Source: a virus (taxonomy: Duplodnaviria; Caudoviricetes). Taken from it: DNA of 64,000 bases. The notes under the pieces were generated by a model. The model was given only the letters and a program-made list of their open reading frames with translations, did not search any database and was not told the origin of the DNA. The stretch lies in the IMG/VR virus record IMGVR_UViG_3300044675_007236; one strand, given 5' to 3'. Shown here one piece after another: positions 63,890-64,000 of this stretch (the stretch's first letter is position 1; each line of letters opens with the position of its first letter). Both the position numbers and the translations under genes were made by a program.

Positions 63890-64000
63890 TTACAACAGTC
63901 TAGATGTAATAGGTTTTGCTGAGACAAGACTGTCTTTCGGCTCTGGAATATCTGGAATAGGAACATCTGGTAGTTTGTAGGGAGCCTTAGGTTGTATAAC
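63890..64000 (-). CDS. hypothetical protein, 3' end only (Pro-rich)
   Basis: Manual translation ...VIQPKAPYKLPDVPIPDIPEPKDSLVSAKPITSRLL*. Confidence 0.5.
   Translation of the reverse strand, partial: VIQPKAPYKLPDVPIPDIPEPKDSLVSAKPITSRLL

Noticed and set aside
1-64000. Stop-codon reassignment (alternative genetic code)
   Set aside because: Long conserved genes are intact under code 11, and TAA, TAG and TGA all end genes that abut the next start

Overview
The window is a continuous, almost entirely minus-strand virion-morphogenesis region of a large contractile-tailed (myovirus-type) bacteriophage using the standard genetic code. In transcription order (64 kb toward 1) it holds: putative internal head proteins; a prohead protease interrupted by a 380-aa LAGLIDADG intein; a scaffold-like protein; capsid decoration and major capsid proteins; a collagen-fibre/glycosyltransferase block; neck and tail-terminator proteins; sheath, tube and central spike; tail-assembly chaperones with a -1 frameshift site; tape measure; hub; a sigma70-family factor; baseplate wedge proteins; a membrane-protein/lipoprotein/protease cassette with no recognisable classical endolysin; five tandem Cys-rich paralogues; a second collagen fibre; and a second glycosyltransferase block. 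The most notable signals are four. (1) An ~800-nt intergenic region (568-1370) packed with at least 17 hairpins, a candidate giant structured ncRNA. (2) Strong enrichment of K-x-A tripeptides restricted to head-assembly proteins, a candidate protease cleavage code. (3) Four glycosyltransferase genes flanking two collagen-like fibres, suggesting virion glycosylation. (4) A eukaryote-like matrix metalloprotease with a cysteine switch next to a papain-like peptidase. Terminase and portal were not recognised. All assignments come from motif recognition by eye; no database searches were run. A Planctomycetota-like host is only an inference.
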